Shown: positions 11,104-22,112 of the stretch, one piece after another
How the letters are laid out: each line of letters begins with the position of its first letter
Position numbering within the stretch: the stretch's first letter is position 1
Origin: an uncultured Rivularia sp.
Lineage (GTDB): Bacteria; Cyanobacteriota; Cyanobacteriia; Cyanobacteriales; Nostocaceae
Direction of reading: 5' to 3'
Length of the DNA: 64,000 bases
NCBI GenBank assembly: GCA_963665115.1
Contig: OY762007.1
Location: 2,688,001 to 2,752,000, forward strand
Made by a program: the position numbers and the translations under genes
Notes under the pieces: model-generated
The model's database searches: none
Told to the model about the DNA's origin: nothing
Seen by the model: the letters and a program-made list of their open reading frames with translations, nothing else

Positions 11104-11517
11104 TTATCGAGCGGAAGCTTCCTCAATATTGCAACCAGTTAGATCCGCATTAGTAAGATTTACACGATCCATACTGGCACCACTAAGATTTGCATTTACT
11201 AATTTTGCATTTGTTAGATTAGCACCAGTGAATTCACTAAATGTTAAAATAGCTTCACTTAAATCTGCTCCTTGAAGATTTGCAGAATATAAAATAGATA
11301 AGCCTAAATGTGCTTTTCTAAGGTTTGCGCTACTGAAATTAACTCCTTCTAAAATCATCTCAGCTAGAATTGAATTGCTGAAATTTACCTCTCTCAAATC
11401 AGCACCAGCTAGCTCGTCGCTTCCTTCGATAAAGGTGTTTGCAAAATTTCTTTCTCCAACAGCATAACGCTCAAGTATTTCCTCAACATCAATTACTTGT
11501 CTTTGTTCATTATCCAT
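11104..11517 (-). CDS. Pentapeptide repeat protein
   Basis: ERYAVGERNF start and A(N/D)Lxx repeats. Confidence 0.9.
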   Translation of the reverse strand: MDNEQRQVIDVEEILERYAVGERNFANTFIEGSDELAGADLREVNFSNSILAEMILEGVNFSSANLRKAHLGLSILYSANLQGADLSEAILTFSEFTGANLTNAKLVNANLSGASMDRVNLTNADLTGCNIEEASAR

Positions 11518-11789
11518 TTTTTGGCATTCTTAGTAGTTGATACTTCAATCGCGAAACTGAGCCAGTAGTTTGAGTTTCATTGGGGAGCATCCCAATTTTA
11601 CAAAAAGCCTGCTGGTTATAAGCCTGGGGCTACATTTATAAAGCCCACGCAGGTGGACTTTGTTTGTATAGCCGCACCCTTCTAGGGTGTCGGGGTAAAA
11701 TATATGTTCCGGCATTGGGATGCTCCCTTTGACAATTACTGCTTTCCTCGAAAACGTTTCGTGCCGTAACACACCCTACAATATAAATA

Positions 11790-12335
11790 CTAACTACCAA
11801 CTAACACTTCACCATTAAATTCAGATTTAATATAGCTGACAATTGTCTCTACATTTTCTAAACCCTTACCATAATCGATAATAGCTGTTGGAATAAATGG
11901 CGAACTTTTGATTTCAATTAATGTCTCATTATCCCCTAGACTTTGAGTTGATATTTTGATAACTTCACCAAAACTTCTCCACGTCATTCTTGTTTTGGCT
12001 TTGATAGTTCCTGTTGTTAAATCTTTCTCTTTTATAACAGCCCTATTTAGAGAAATAATTGCTTGTTCGCAAATTGGCATTAATTCGCTAATTGTGCTGT
12101 TGACGCTCATTTTGCGAGATTGACGAGGACTAGTATTACTTGTATCAATTCCTTTTTTATGTAATTTTTGGTCAAAGTAGTAGGAAAGCGCTGCCATTAT
12201 CAATCCAAATACAATACCTCCGATACAAGCACTTATCAAAGCAGTGTAAACGTTACCGAATTGGAAAGTATAAACTATACCCATCCAAACGCTGAAAAAT
12301 AGTGCTGATAAGAAAAATATCCTAATGTATTTCAT
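11790..12335 (-). CDS. Hypothetical membrane protein
   Basis: Two N-terminal TM helices; C-terminal WRSFGEVI...DYGKGLENV. Confidence 0.7.
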   Translation of the reverse strand: MKYIRIFFLSALFFSVWMGIVYTFQFGNVYTALISACIGGIVFGLIMAALSYYFDQKLHKKGIDTSNTSPRQSRKMSVNSTISELMPICEQAIISLNRAVIKEKDLTTGTIKAKTRMTWRSFGEVIKISTQSLGDNETLIEIKSSPFIPTAIIDYGKGLENVETIVSYIKSEFNGEVLVGS

Positions 12336-12338
12336 CTC

Positions 12339-12728
12339 TTATATTCTCCTGATTTTACTCCAATTCAAAATAGAGCGTGCGTAAGCAACTGGAATATTGA
12401 TATTTTTTAACTGACTAATTGAATGTAAACCTAGTTCCTGATGCTTGTGACTTATTTTAAGTGAAAAATTATCTTTTAACTCACAACTATAAGTAATAAT
12501 AAAAACGTGTTTTTCAGGAATAACTTCAAACAAATAGCTATCGATGATTTGCTATATTTCTAAATTTACGGATATTTATTCTTGAAGTTCCCCGCGCAAG
12601 CAATTTTCAGGTGTTTCTCCTAATTAAATTCTACCACCTGGCAAATCCCATTCATTACGTTCGTTTTTGAGTAATAGTGCTTTACCATCTATAATCAACA
12701 CGTCTTTAATTGAAACAGGGAAATCCAT
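12339..12728 (-). pseudogene. NUDIX hydrolase pseudogene with three in-frame stops
   Basis: MDFPVSIKDVLIIDGKALLLKNERNEWDLPGGRI*LGETPENCLRGELQE*ISVNLEI*QIIDSYLFEV...; degenerate Nudix box; stops at 12624-26, 12576-78, 12552-54. Confidence 0.85.
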
Positions 12729-12786
12729 TATTGAAAATACTAATGGTTTACATTTAGTAATGGTATCAGTATTTTCCACCAGTATC

Positions 12787-13824
12787 ATGAACAACCAAAT
12801 CCAAAACTACAATCCCAGCGATGTTGGACAAATCAACGGTAACATCTTCGGTTTACCCTTCGATTATGATTCAGCAAATTTAATTATCATTCCCATTCCT
12901 TGGGAAGTCACGGTTTCTTATGGTGCGGGTACAGCTAATGCACCGCAAAGAATTCTCGATGCTTCACCACAATTAGATTTATTCGATTTCGATAATCCCG
13001 ATGGATGGAAGCAGGGAATTTTTATGATCGAAATTCCTCAAGATATGTTAGATAAAAACAAATATTATCGACAGCAAGCAGCAAAAATTATTAAAAGATT
13101 AGAACAAGGTAAATCTTTAACAGATGCACCAGATTTAACATTATTATTAACGGAAATTAACCGAGTTTGTGAGAACGTAAATAAGTGGTTATTTGATAAA
13201 TCTCAGCAAGCAATTAACGATTGTAAAAGCGTTGCGGTAATCGGTGGCGACCATAGTTCACCTTTGGGTTATATGCAAGCTTTGGCTAATAGTTATTCAA
13301 GCTATGGAATTTTACACATAGATGCTCATGCCGATTTACGTAATGCTTATGAAGGCTTTGAGTTTTCCCATGCTTCGATTATGTACAACGCGATGAAATT
13401 ACCGCAAATATCTAAATTAGTTCAAGTTGCTTTGCGAGATATTTGTCAGGATGAAGTGTCAACGATTAACCAATCTAACAATAGGATAGTTGCTTATTAC
13501 GACCCAATGATTAAGCAAAAACTTTATTCTGGAACTACTTGGATCGATTTATGTAAGGAAATTGTTAGTCATTTACCCGAACAGGTTTATGTTAGCTTCG
13601 ATGCCGATGGTTTAGATCCCAAACTTTGTTCAAATACTGGAACTCCGGTTCCTGGTGGTTTGGAATTAGAGCAAGCTTTTTGTTTGATTCGAGAAGTTGT
13701 AAACAGCGGTAGAAAAATTATTGGTTTTGATGTTTGTGAGGTTGGTGATGCTGAATGGGATGGTAATGTTGGTGCGCGAGTGGTTTTGAAATTGGCGTAT
13801 TTGATGGATTTATCTAATAGTTAG
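12787..13824 (+). CDS. speB: Agmatinase (ureohydrolase family)
   Basis: GGDHS, HIDAHADLR, SFDADGLDP, TGTPVPGGL motifs; likely ATG at 12787. Confidence 0.88.
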   Translation: MNNQIQNYNPSDVGQINGNIFGLPFDYDSANLIIIPIPWEVTVSYGAGTANAPQRILDASPQLDLFDFDNPDGWKQGIFMIEIPQDMLDKNKYYRQQAAKIIKRLEQGKSLTDAPDLTLLLTEINRVCENVNKWLFDKSQQAINDCKSVAVIGGDHSSPLGYMQALANSYSSYGILHIDAHADLRNAYEGFEFSHASIMYNAMKLPQISKLVQVALRDICQDEVSTINQSNNRIVAYYDPMIKQKLYSGTTWIDLCKEIVSHLPEQVYVSFDADGLDPKLCSNTGTPVPGGLELEQAFCLIREVVNSGRKIIGFDVCEVGDAEWDGNVGARVVLKLAYLMDLSNS

Positions 13825-14021
13825 TTGATAAATTGAAATCATTTGAAATCATTTTGATGCAAGCAAAAACAAGTCTATATGCTTATGTTGGTGAAATTAT
13901 CTCAGCTTTGTTTGTGTTAAATTAACTTATTTTAGTATGTATACCGGCTAAAATAACTAGAATAGTGTCATACAACTATCTATCTCAAAAGCCATTTATT
14001 AAAGCTTTGGGAGTTAACATT

Positions 14022-14621
14022 ATGATTGCACAAGCAGAAGATAAAAAATTTTACACGCCCGAAGAATACCTCGAATTTGAGGTAAACTCAGAAGAACGCC
14101 ATGAATATATTAATGGTGAGGTTATCTGCGTGACTGGTGGAACTCCAAATCATAATAAAATTATTCTTAACTTTGGTAGTGCGCTCAATTTTGGACTTAA
14201 GCGTCAACCTTATGATGTTTTTGTCTCAGACCAAAGAGTTTGGATTCCCGAAAAACGCATTTATACTTATCCTGATGTGGTGGTAGTGCAAGGTGAGTTG
14301 CAAATGCAAGAAGGTCGAAAAGATACTATTACCAATCCGTTAATGCTTATAGAGGTATTATCAAAATCGACTAGAAATTATGATAAAGATGAGAAGTTTG
14401 CAGCTTACCGCACAATTCCAACTTTTCAAGAATATATTTTGATTGACCAGTTTAAAATGCAAGTTGAGCAATATTTTAAGACTGGTAAAAATAGCTGGAC
14501 TTTTTCTGAATATTATGATGTTAATGAAACTGTTTCTTTAAACTCAGTTAATTTTGAAGTTACTTTAGAAGATATTTACGATAAGGTTGAATTTGAAAAT
14601 ACAGAGGAAAAATATAGTTAA
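14022..14621 (+). CDS. Uma2 family endonuclease (DUF820)
   Basis: YTPEEYLEFE..RHEYINGE, YPDVVVV, IEVLSKST..YD..KF..YR. Confidence 0.92.
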   Translation: MIAQAEDKKFYTPEEYLEFEVNSEERHEYINGEVICVTGGTPNHNKIILNFGSALNFGLKRQPYDVFVSDQRVWIPEKRIYTYPDVVVVQGELQMQEGRKDTITNPLMLIEVLSKSTRNYDKDEKFAAYRTIPTFQEYILIDQFKMQVEQYFKTGKNSWTFSEYYDVNETVSLNSVNFEVTLEDIYDKVEFENTEEKYS

Positions 14622-15454
14622 TAATCTTTAATATCCCACTGCACGGGATCTAATTTATAATAATTTTGCAGTAATTCATAAAGTGCTAGATGCTTTTTTT
14701 GTAATTGCTGAGGTTTCTCAAAAAACGTTTCTGTTGCTACAGAGAAAAATTCAGCAGGACGAGTTGCACCATAACTATACATTACGGCTTTTCTTTGTTG
14801 CTTTACATCGTTACACAATTGTTTATATTCTTGTGTCATCACTTTTGACCAATTAGAATAATCCGAATCTTTTTGTAATATCGGAACACCTTCAACTTTT
14901 CCCTCTTCTTGATCTAATTGATGGGCGAATTCATGTAATACAACATTTTGTCCATCTTTCCAATTCTGAGTATCTTGTTTCACCTGTTGCCAAGATAATA
15001 TTAATAAGTCTTTACTCCAGGATTCTCCTAATCTGACAACGGGCTTTTCTTCAACTACATATTTTCCGCTGACAGTGGTTTCTTTTGTAAAATAAGCTGT
15101 GGGATAAATTAAAATAGAACGCAATTTAGGAAAGTATTTTCCTCGTTCGTTGAGTAAAAGCAAACAAGCGACAGCAGCAATAATAACTTTCATTTCTTCG
15201 GTTACTTGTAATCCATTGCAGCCTGTGAATTGTTTTTCCGCTAAGAATACTTGAATGTGTCCCTGGAGTCGTCGTCTTTCAGTGGGGGAAAGATGGGGAT
15301 AGATTGGGAGATTGTTTTCGATGATGGAATTCCAAAGTGGTGGAAATTGACGGGTTTTTATACGGTTTCTCTGTTGTTTGATTAAAGTTGGGCTGAGTAA
15401 GATGGTGATGGAGATGAGTAGGATTATTAGTAAAAATATTATTGCTTGGGGCAT
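14618..15454 (-). CDS. M90 family zinc-dependent peptidase (MtfA-like)
   Basis: DGQNVVLHEFAHQLD, YGATRPAEFFSVATETFFEKP. Confidence 0.9.
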   Translation of the reverse strand: MPQAIIFLLIILLISITILLSPTLIKQQRNRIKTRQFPPLWNSIIENNLPIYPHLSPTERRRLQGHIQVFLAEKQFTGCNGLQVTEEMKVIIAAVACLLLLNERGKYFPKLRSILIYPTAYFTKETTVSGKYVVEEKPVVRLGESWSKDLLILSWQQVKQDTQNWKDGQNVVLHEFAHQLDQEEGKVEGVPILQKDSDYSNWSKVMTQEYKQLCNDVKQQRKAVMYSYGATRPAEFFSVATETFFEKPQQLQKKHLALYELLQNYYKLDPVQWDIKDY

Positions 15455-15657
15455 TTTATAAGTAAGGTAGTAATTAGATAGGGAGATATCTGTTTTTACC
15501 GTAACTTACTGGGATGGGAGATGGGGTGAAGGGAGAAAATCGCCCACAGGTTAGAAACCTGGGGCTATAGATACAAAGCCCACCTGCGTAGGCTAATAAG
15601 GTATGTTTTTGTTTAAAATTGTATGAATATAAATTATTGATAGTTTATACAGAAAAG

Positions 15658-15942
15658 CTACCCATTCACAATCTCAGTTAGTGCTTCATTAATTACATCA
15701 TCGCTAACACCACGCCGCTTCAAACTCGCAACTAAAGCATTAACTGTATTGTTTTCCAATCGTTCCAAATCGACACGAAGCCCTTGTCCAATGTAAGCAC
15801 GCATTAGTGGTTGATAACCCGAAAATCCCAGTCTTGGGGCAATTCGCTTTAAGTCTTCCACCACGTCTTCCGGCATCCGAATTGTTACCGCACTCATGGG
15901 ACGGTTTTTGTCTAAGCGTTTTTTTAATCTTTCAATTTTCAT
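15658..15942 (-). CDS. CopG/BrnA-like antitoxin
   Basis: VTIRMPEDVVEDLKRIA..GYQPLMRAYI (RHH-like); overlaps the toxin stop. Confidence 0.75.
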   Translation of the reverse strand: MKIERLKKRLDKNRPMSAVTIRMPEDVVEDLKRIAPRLGFSGYQPLMRAYIGQGLRVDLERLENNTVNALVASLKRRGVSDDVINEALTEIVNG

Positions 15943-16228
15943 AGTAATTTCGCTCCTGCCGTGTAGCTTTACGGGCTGAAATAATGCGGATTATGTCGTC
16001 TTCAAACTCAATATGAACAACAAATAGAAGAACCCAATTTGTATCTATACCGATGATGGCATCTAGCGCTTCGTTGTTACGACTGGCATCTACTACCTTT
16101 AAAAATGGATCGAAAAAAGCTGACGCTGCTTGTTGAAATGTTACTCCATCATGTTTTCTAGAATTTATAAGCGCTTTTTGATCGTTCCAGACAAAGGTGA
16201 TGCCATTCAAAACAAAGTAGACATCCAT
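15932..16228 (-). CDS. BrnT family toxin
   Basis: FVWNDQKALIN..KH.GVTF..A..F.DP...IRIISARKAT..ER..Y. Confidence 0.9.
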   Translation of the reverse strand: MDVYFVLNGITFVWNDQKALINSRKHDGVTFQQAASAFFDPFLKVVDASRNNEALDAIIGIDTNWVLLFVVHIEFEDDIIRIISARKATRQERNYYEN

Positions 16229-16345
16229 AACTTCAAGGATAAATAAATGTATTTACATTGTCAATACATTATTTTGTTATTCTATGCAAGGAAGTTAATG
16301 AAGGCGATCGCATTTATTCAGAGCTATAAGTTTCATAATTTTTTA

Positions 16346-18974
16346 CTAAAATGTAAGCTTAGAACCCTTGCTACGATTACTGTGTTTGTGAGTAATTTGA
16401 AGATTTTCTACAGAATCGGTACCTCCTTTACTTAAAGGAACATTATGATCTACCTCTATTTCATCCCCAACAAATAAAGGTGTTCCTGAAATAGCACAGC
16501 GATTAGCCTGTTGCTTAAGCATTTCTGCCTTTTCTGCTTCAGAAAGCTTAGTTTGTCTTTTATCAATTGAATATTTTGTATGAAATTCCTGAGTTTGTGA
16601 AAGAAAATCTTCTTTTGAAAAATTTTCAGAATTGTTTCTTAAAGTATAAAAAATACTATGTAAGTCTTCCTTAATTTTTAATCGATGAAGCTTTACCATT
16701 TCAAAATTAAGAGGAGAAATGAGATACCAAAGAATATAAAAATCTTGCTTTGTACGTCTGAAATAGCGAACTTGCCTTTGAGCTTTAAAGAGTAAATTTA
16801 ATTCTTCTCTAAAATATTCCTCTAATTTATTTTGTTCTTCTATATCTTTATCTAATAAAATTAATTTAAGCTTTTTTACAAAACTTTCTACATTTTTAAT
16901 TCCTCTTAAGAAGTTCTTCTTATTTTCCTCATCTTCTGAAATATTTTGAAGTAATCGTGTAATATCTTGAGATGTTCCTATCCGTACACTAATTCCATTA
17001 TTCTTGCTATAAATGTATAAATATTTATCGGGGTCTTTACTCTTCATACGTTGAAACTCTAGATATGCTAAGGATGTATATAATTCTTCATTTTCCATCC
17101 TGTCTCTATCTTTACGTTCTTTAATCAGTTTGACATACAACCAATTTCTATGTTTTTCCGTATTTTTTCTAATGTTTTCAATTACTTCCCTATCGACCCC
17201 AAGAGTTCCACATCTCAAATGAGTTTTCCCGAATTGGATATGGTTTATTGTTTAACCTTACAAATAAGTCAACAGGGTTAAATTCTGGATTGATGTTTTC
17301 CTGAATTTCAACCACAAACAATTCAAAATCTAAAATTTTATCTTGTAATTGTTCATCTAAATCATTGTAGCTTATATTATTTAGTTTTTCTAGTATTTTT
17401 AATCCCTTTAATGAGAATCCGGAACTATTAGTTTGACACTGACAACCATTTTCATCCATGTATTTCTCACCTATAAATCCTAAGATAGTTAACAATCTTT
17501 GTTGACCATCTATAACCTCGGAAGTTCCATCTTTACGTTTATAAATAAATATTGGAGGAAGACTAATATCTAAAAGAATACTCTCAATAATGGAAGATGC
17601 TTTAGATACGCTTATAACTTCGGATCTTTGATATGAAGGGCGAACAAGAAATATGTTACGTTTCATCACCCTAGTCAAATCATCAATTGAATTTCGAGAT
17701 GGTTCTGGCTTTGTTACTCTTAAAGACTCTAATTCTCCTAACTTTGTCACAGTATCATTACTTTCATTTCTTCTTAATTGCTTTATATCATCTCTAATTT
17801 TCTTACTACCATCAAGATAAGTATTGAAGTTTATACTAAACTCTTTTTGAAGTAATTCTGCTGTAAAGGAAAATCTTTCATATACTTGACTATAGTAATT
17901 TGATTCTAATTCTGTATATTTATTTATATTGCTTGATATTTGATAGCATAAACCTTTAATAAGATTACTATCTTCAAATCTAGATAAATCAGCATTTTCT
18001 ACATCTAATACTTGTAAGCCCCATAGCAAGCATTCAAAAACTAAACGATTATAACTATAACCAAACTGAGTAAATACTTGCTTAATTTTTTTAATAATAT
18101 AAATTTTTTCAATAAAATTACTATATAGTTTATTCTCATCTTTTGTATTATTCGCTAAGTGTTCATACAATTTATCTAGGATTTCTGTTCTATTGGCTCC
18201 CCATGCATAATATTTAATAGGAAATTGATGAATAACTAAATATTTTCTAATAAATTGTAAAATCTTGCCGCCATCAAATTCTTTTTTGCTTTCTCTCTTA
18301 GGTAAAAATAAATCGTTAATTATATTAGATACTTCCACATTATTTTTCACTTTTTCTTTGAAATACTGAAATAGAGAATCAGCATCATAAACAGCGTTAT
18401 CTATCTCTGTTTTCTTTAAAGGTGTTATTCCGGAATTATATCGACCAAATATTTCCTTTTTTATCTTATCTTCTAAAACTGAATCTAACTTTGGCTCGTT
18501 AACTATTTCAAATTCGATAATCCTTATTTTGGCATCAAGAAATAAGTCAATTATACTTGTAGCGTCAGAATTATTTCTTAAAGAATCATAAGTTGATTTT
18601 ACAAGTTGTTTCAATGATGCTAAACCGTTCCTTGTTAAAGCAAATTTATTCTCCACAAAACGATATATAGTTTCAAATCGTTGTCTTCCATCAATTACTT
18701 CTATTCCAGTACCATTATTAAAAAAAATTAGAGGTGGAATTTCAGTTCCTAATAATATGCTCTCAATAAAATAAGTCGCTTTATGGTCGTCCCAGACATA
18801 GTTTCTTTGGTAATAGGGGCTATAATTGATTTTATTTAAGCTTCGTCTGCTAAGAAGTGACTCTATTGATTTAGAGTACGTTTCTATTTTTAAATGAGAT
18901 GTGAAAATTCTTTCAAAATCACTGGGAGTTAAAAACAAACTACTCATTGTGTTATTAAGAATATATACCTTCAT
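16346..18974 (-). CDS. Tandem DUF262 (ParB-like NTPase) + C-terminal HNH nuclease, GmrSD-like; split by +1 frameshift at ~17197-17200
   Basis: Two DUF262 signature sets (YQRNYVW..IESIL..IDGRQRFET..F.RYN; YQRS..IESIL..IDGQQRLLT..LFVRLN); HNH EVDHNVPLSKGG..NLQITH..NRSKG; removing one G restores WNSWVDREVI. Confidence 0.8.
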
Positions 18975-19148
18975 GATTATTCTAAACTGTTTTAGACAAA
19001 ATAATACATATATAGCTAGTATTTATAATTACTCCTACATAATTATCAAATAGATACATTGCATTACCTTCAACATTCCCATCTCCAAAAACTACCCAAA
19101 CTACCGTAAAATAAACCTTCATACAGCATCTACCTAACAGTGTCCCCC

Positions 19149-20663
19149 ATGCTCTGCGACTACCTCGTACAAATCCTGACCGCTCGCGTATACGATGTTG
19201 CTCAAGAATCACCATTAGAAATAGCTCCTTTACTCTCGAAGCGCCTAAAGAACAACCTTTTGCTCAAACGCGAAGATATGCAATCGGTGTTTTCTTTTAA
19301 ACTGCGTGGTGCTTACAACAAAATGGCTAACCTGACATCGGAGATGCTGCAACAAGGTGTAATTGCGGCTTCTGCGGGAAACCATGCTCAAGGTGTGGCT
19401 TTAGCTGCTTCTAAGTTGGGTACTCAAGCAATTATTGTGATGCCGAAAACTACTCCCCAGGTGAAGATTGATGCTGTTATCGCGCGGGGTGCTGAGGTGG
19501 TTTTACACGGCGATAATTACGATGATGCTTGTGCATATGCTCGCGAATTAGGAACTCAAAAGGACTTAACATTTATTCATCCCTTTGATGACCCGGATGT
19601 GATAGCGGGACAAGGTACGATTGGCATGGAAATTTTACGCCAATATCAAAAGCCTATTCATGCAATCTTTGTCGCGATTGGTGGGGGTGGTTTGATTTCG
19701 GGAATTGCGGCTTATGTCAAGCGGTTGCGTCCGGAAATTAAGATTATTGGGGTTGAGCCGATTGATGCGGATGCAATGTATCAATCTTTGCAAGTTGGGC
19801 ATCGGGTGCGGTTGTCTCAAGTCGGTTTGTTTGCCGATGGTGTAGCGGTGCGACAAGTTGGCGAGGAAACCTTTAAGCTTTGTCAGTACTATGTTGATGA
19901 TATTATTCGGGTGACTACTGACGATACTTGTGCGGCAATAAAGGATGTCTTTCAAGATACCCGTTCTATAGTTGAACCTGCGGGGGGATTAGCTATTGCC
20001 GGAGCTAAAGCTTATGTCGAAAGAGAAGGAATAGAAGGTGAAACTTTAGTGGCGATCGCTTGTGGTGCTAACATGAATTTTGACCGTTTGCGATTTGTTG
20101 CCGAGCGTGCGGAATTTGGTGAACGTCGGGAAGCTATTTTTGCGGTGACAATTCCGGAAAAGCCGGGAAGTCTGCATAAATTCTGTGAATGCATCGGTAA
20201 ACGTAATTTAACCGAATTTAATTATCGCATTGCCTCGGAAAAGGAAGCGCAGATTTTTGTCGGGGTACAAATTCAAAACCGTGCGGATGGGGTAAAAATA
20301 GCTGAAACTATTACTAATTGCGGTTTTCCTATTATGGATTTAACCGACGACGAGTTAACCAAAATGCATTTGCGTCACATGGTAGGAGGGCGATCGCCAT
20401 TAGCTCACAATGAGTTATTATATCGTTTTGAATTTCCCGAACGTCCCGGTGCATTAATGCAGTTTGTAGGATCGATGAGTCCCCCTAATTGGAATATCAG
20501 TTTATTTCACTATCGCAACAATGGCTCCGATTACGGCAGAATAGTTGTAGGAATGCAGGTTCCACCGGAAGAAATGTCAGAATGGCAGGCATTTTTGGAT
20601 ACTTTAGGCTATCAGTATTGGGATGAAAATAAGAATCCAGCCTATAAATTATTTTTAAGCTGA
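19149..20663 (+). CDS. ilvA: Threonine ammonia-lyase, biosynthetic
   Basis: KREDMQSVFSFKLRGAYN, ASAGNHAQGVA, two C-terminal regulatory domains. Confidence 0.97.
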   Translation: MLCDYLVQILTARVYDVAQESPLEIAPLLSKRLKNNLLLKREDMQSVFSFKLRGAYNKMANLTSEMLQQGVIAASAGNHAQGVALAASKLGTQAIIVMPKTTPQVKIDAVIARGAEVVLHGDNYDDACAYARELGTQKDLTFIHPFDDPDVIAGQGTIGMEILRQYQKPIHAIFVAIGGGGLISGIAAYVKRLRPEIKIIGVEPIDADAMYQSLQVGHRVRLSQVGLFADGVAVRQVGEETFKLCQYYVDDIIRVTTDDTCAAIKDVFQDTRSIVEPAGGLAIAGAKAYVEREGIEGETLVAIACGANMNFDRLRFVAERAEFGERREAIFAVTIPEKPGSLHKFCECIGKRNLTEFNYRIASEKEAQIFVGVQIQNRADGVKIAETITNCGFPIMDLTDDELTKMHLRHMVGGRSPLAHNELLYRFEFPERPGALMQFVGSMSPPNWNISLFHYRNNGSDYGRIVVGMQVPPEEMSEWQAFLDTLGYQYWDENKNPAYKLFLS

Positions 20664-20853
20664 TATTAATGTAGAGACGTAGCAGTGCTACGTCTTATCC
20701 AGCATTTGGGGTGCATAACAAGCAAATTATATATATCAAACCAACAATACCAATAATTTTTAATTTTAAAATATAAAAACAAAGTCGTTTATTTATTAGT
20801 TGTATTCAGCTTACTTTACCTATTAAATAAAACTCCATAGGAACAACTACAAA

Positions 20854-21687
20854 ATGAAAACATTACATCTACCATCAGGAATAGAAATCCCCGTTTTAGG
20901 ACAGGGAACTTGGCGAATGGGTGAAAACAGCAGTCAAAAAGATGCTGAAATTGCAGCTTTGCGTCTGGGTTTGGATATGGGAATGACGTTGATTGATACC
21001 GCAGAAATGTATGGTGAAGGTGGTGCAGAAAAAGTTGTTGGTGAGGCTATAAAAAATCGTCGCGAAGAAGTTTATCTTGTAAGTAAAGTGTATCCCCACA
21101 ACGCCAGTAGCAAAGGGGCTGTTGAAGCTTGCGAAAGAAGCCTAAAGCGACTCAAAACCGATTGTATTGACCTTTATCTGCTACATTGGCGGAGTTCGAT
21201 ACCCCTTTCTGAAACCTTGGAAGCCTTTGAATCCCTTAAGCAAGCCGGAAAGATTAGGGATTACGGTGTAAGCAATTTCGATGCAGATGACATTAAAAAG
21301 GCAATTAATTTACCAAATGGTAAGGAAATTGCTACAAATCAAGTTTTATATAATTTAGCTCGTCGCGGGATTGAATGGGATCTGCTTCCTTGGTGTCACC
21401 AGCATAATATACCCATCATGGCTTATTCACCAATTGAGCAAAAAGGTATTTTGAAGAATTCTGCATTGAAATCGGTAGCTTCGCGACATAATGCGACTCC
21501 CGCACAAATTGGTTTAGCGTGGTTACTTCAACAGCAGGGAATAATCGCAATTCCCAAAGCCAGCAATCCGGAACATATTAAAGAGAATAGTGCAGCCTTA
21601 GATATTCAACTTACCCAAGAAGATTTAACCGAACTCGATAAAGCCTTTCCACCGCCAAATCGTAAAATGTCCTTAGCAATCAGATAA
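20854..21687 (+). CDS. Aldo/keto reductase
   Basis: LGQGTW, IDTAEMYG, DLYLLHW, GVSNF, IAIPKAS. Confidence 0.93.
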   Translation: MKTLHLPSGIEIPVLGQGTWRMGENSSQKDAEIAALRLGLDMGMTLIDTAEMYGEGGAEKVVGEAIKNRREEVYLVSKVYPHNASSKGAVEACERSLKRLKTDCIDLYLLHWRSSIPLSETLEAFESLKQAGKIRDYGVSNFDADDIKKAINLPNGKEIATNQVLYNLARRGIEWDLLPWCHQHNIPIMAYSPIEQKGILKNSALKSVASRHNATPAQIGLAWLLQQQGIIAIPKASNPEHIKENSAALDIQLTQEDLTELDKAFPPPNRKMSLAIR

Positions 21688-21774
21688 ATTATATTGTTCG
21701 CGATCGCACGAATCTTGTAGTACGAATATTTCCGCAAATCAAACACGCTCCTATAATACAGAACCGCTTTAAGC

Positions 21775-21803
21775 AACCCGGTTTTTCAAAAAACCGGGTT
21801 TTT
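21775..21803 (+). terminator. Probable intrinsic terminator / palindrome after the aldo-keto reductase gene
   Basis: AACCCGGTTTTT-CA-AAAAACCGGGTT followed by a T-run. Confidence 0.55.
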
Positions 21804-21913
21804 CCACGATAATTATAACAATGACCAAATATTTTTTATAGACTATAATTCTTGCACGGCAAGCATAATAGTCTATTTAACTCCAAGCTTTTCCGTTTAT
21901 TTCCAAAAAAACT

Positions 21914-21955
21914 TGTAGTACCCCCTTGACACACCTGTAGTATGTTATGTAGTAT
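21914..21955 (+). promoter_or_regulatory. tRNA array promoter with three TGTAGTA direct repeats (putative repressor operator)
   Basis: TTGACA 21926-31, TAGTAT 21950-55; TGTAGTA at 21914, 21936, 21948. Confidence 0.7.
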
Positions 21956-22034
21956 TAGGTTACAAGGGTAATACAGCAACTACAAATCGCTGACATAAAC
22001 CCAACCGAACCATGAAAATTGAATCGCCATATAT

Positions 22035-22108
22035 GGGGTTGTAGCTCAGTTGATTAGAGCGCCTGTCTGTCGAACAGGAAGTCGCGGGTTTGAATCCCGT
22101 CATCCTCG
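22035..22108 (+). tRNA. trnD: tRNA-Asp(GTC)
   Basis: Cloverleaf; anticodon arm CCTGT-CT GTC GA-ACAGG; T-loop TTTGAAT. Confidence 0.85.
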
Positions 22109-22112
22109 TGTT

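Noticed and set aside
12552..12626. Stop-codon readthrough or recoding in the NUDIX gene
   Set aside because: All other genes use standard stops and the array has no suppressor anticodon; decay is the simpler explanation
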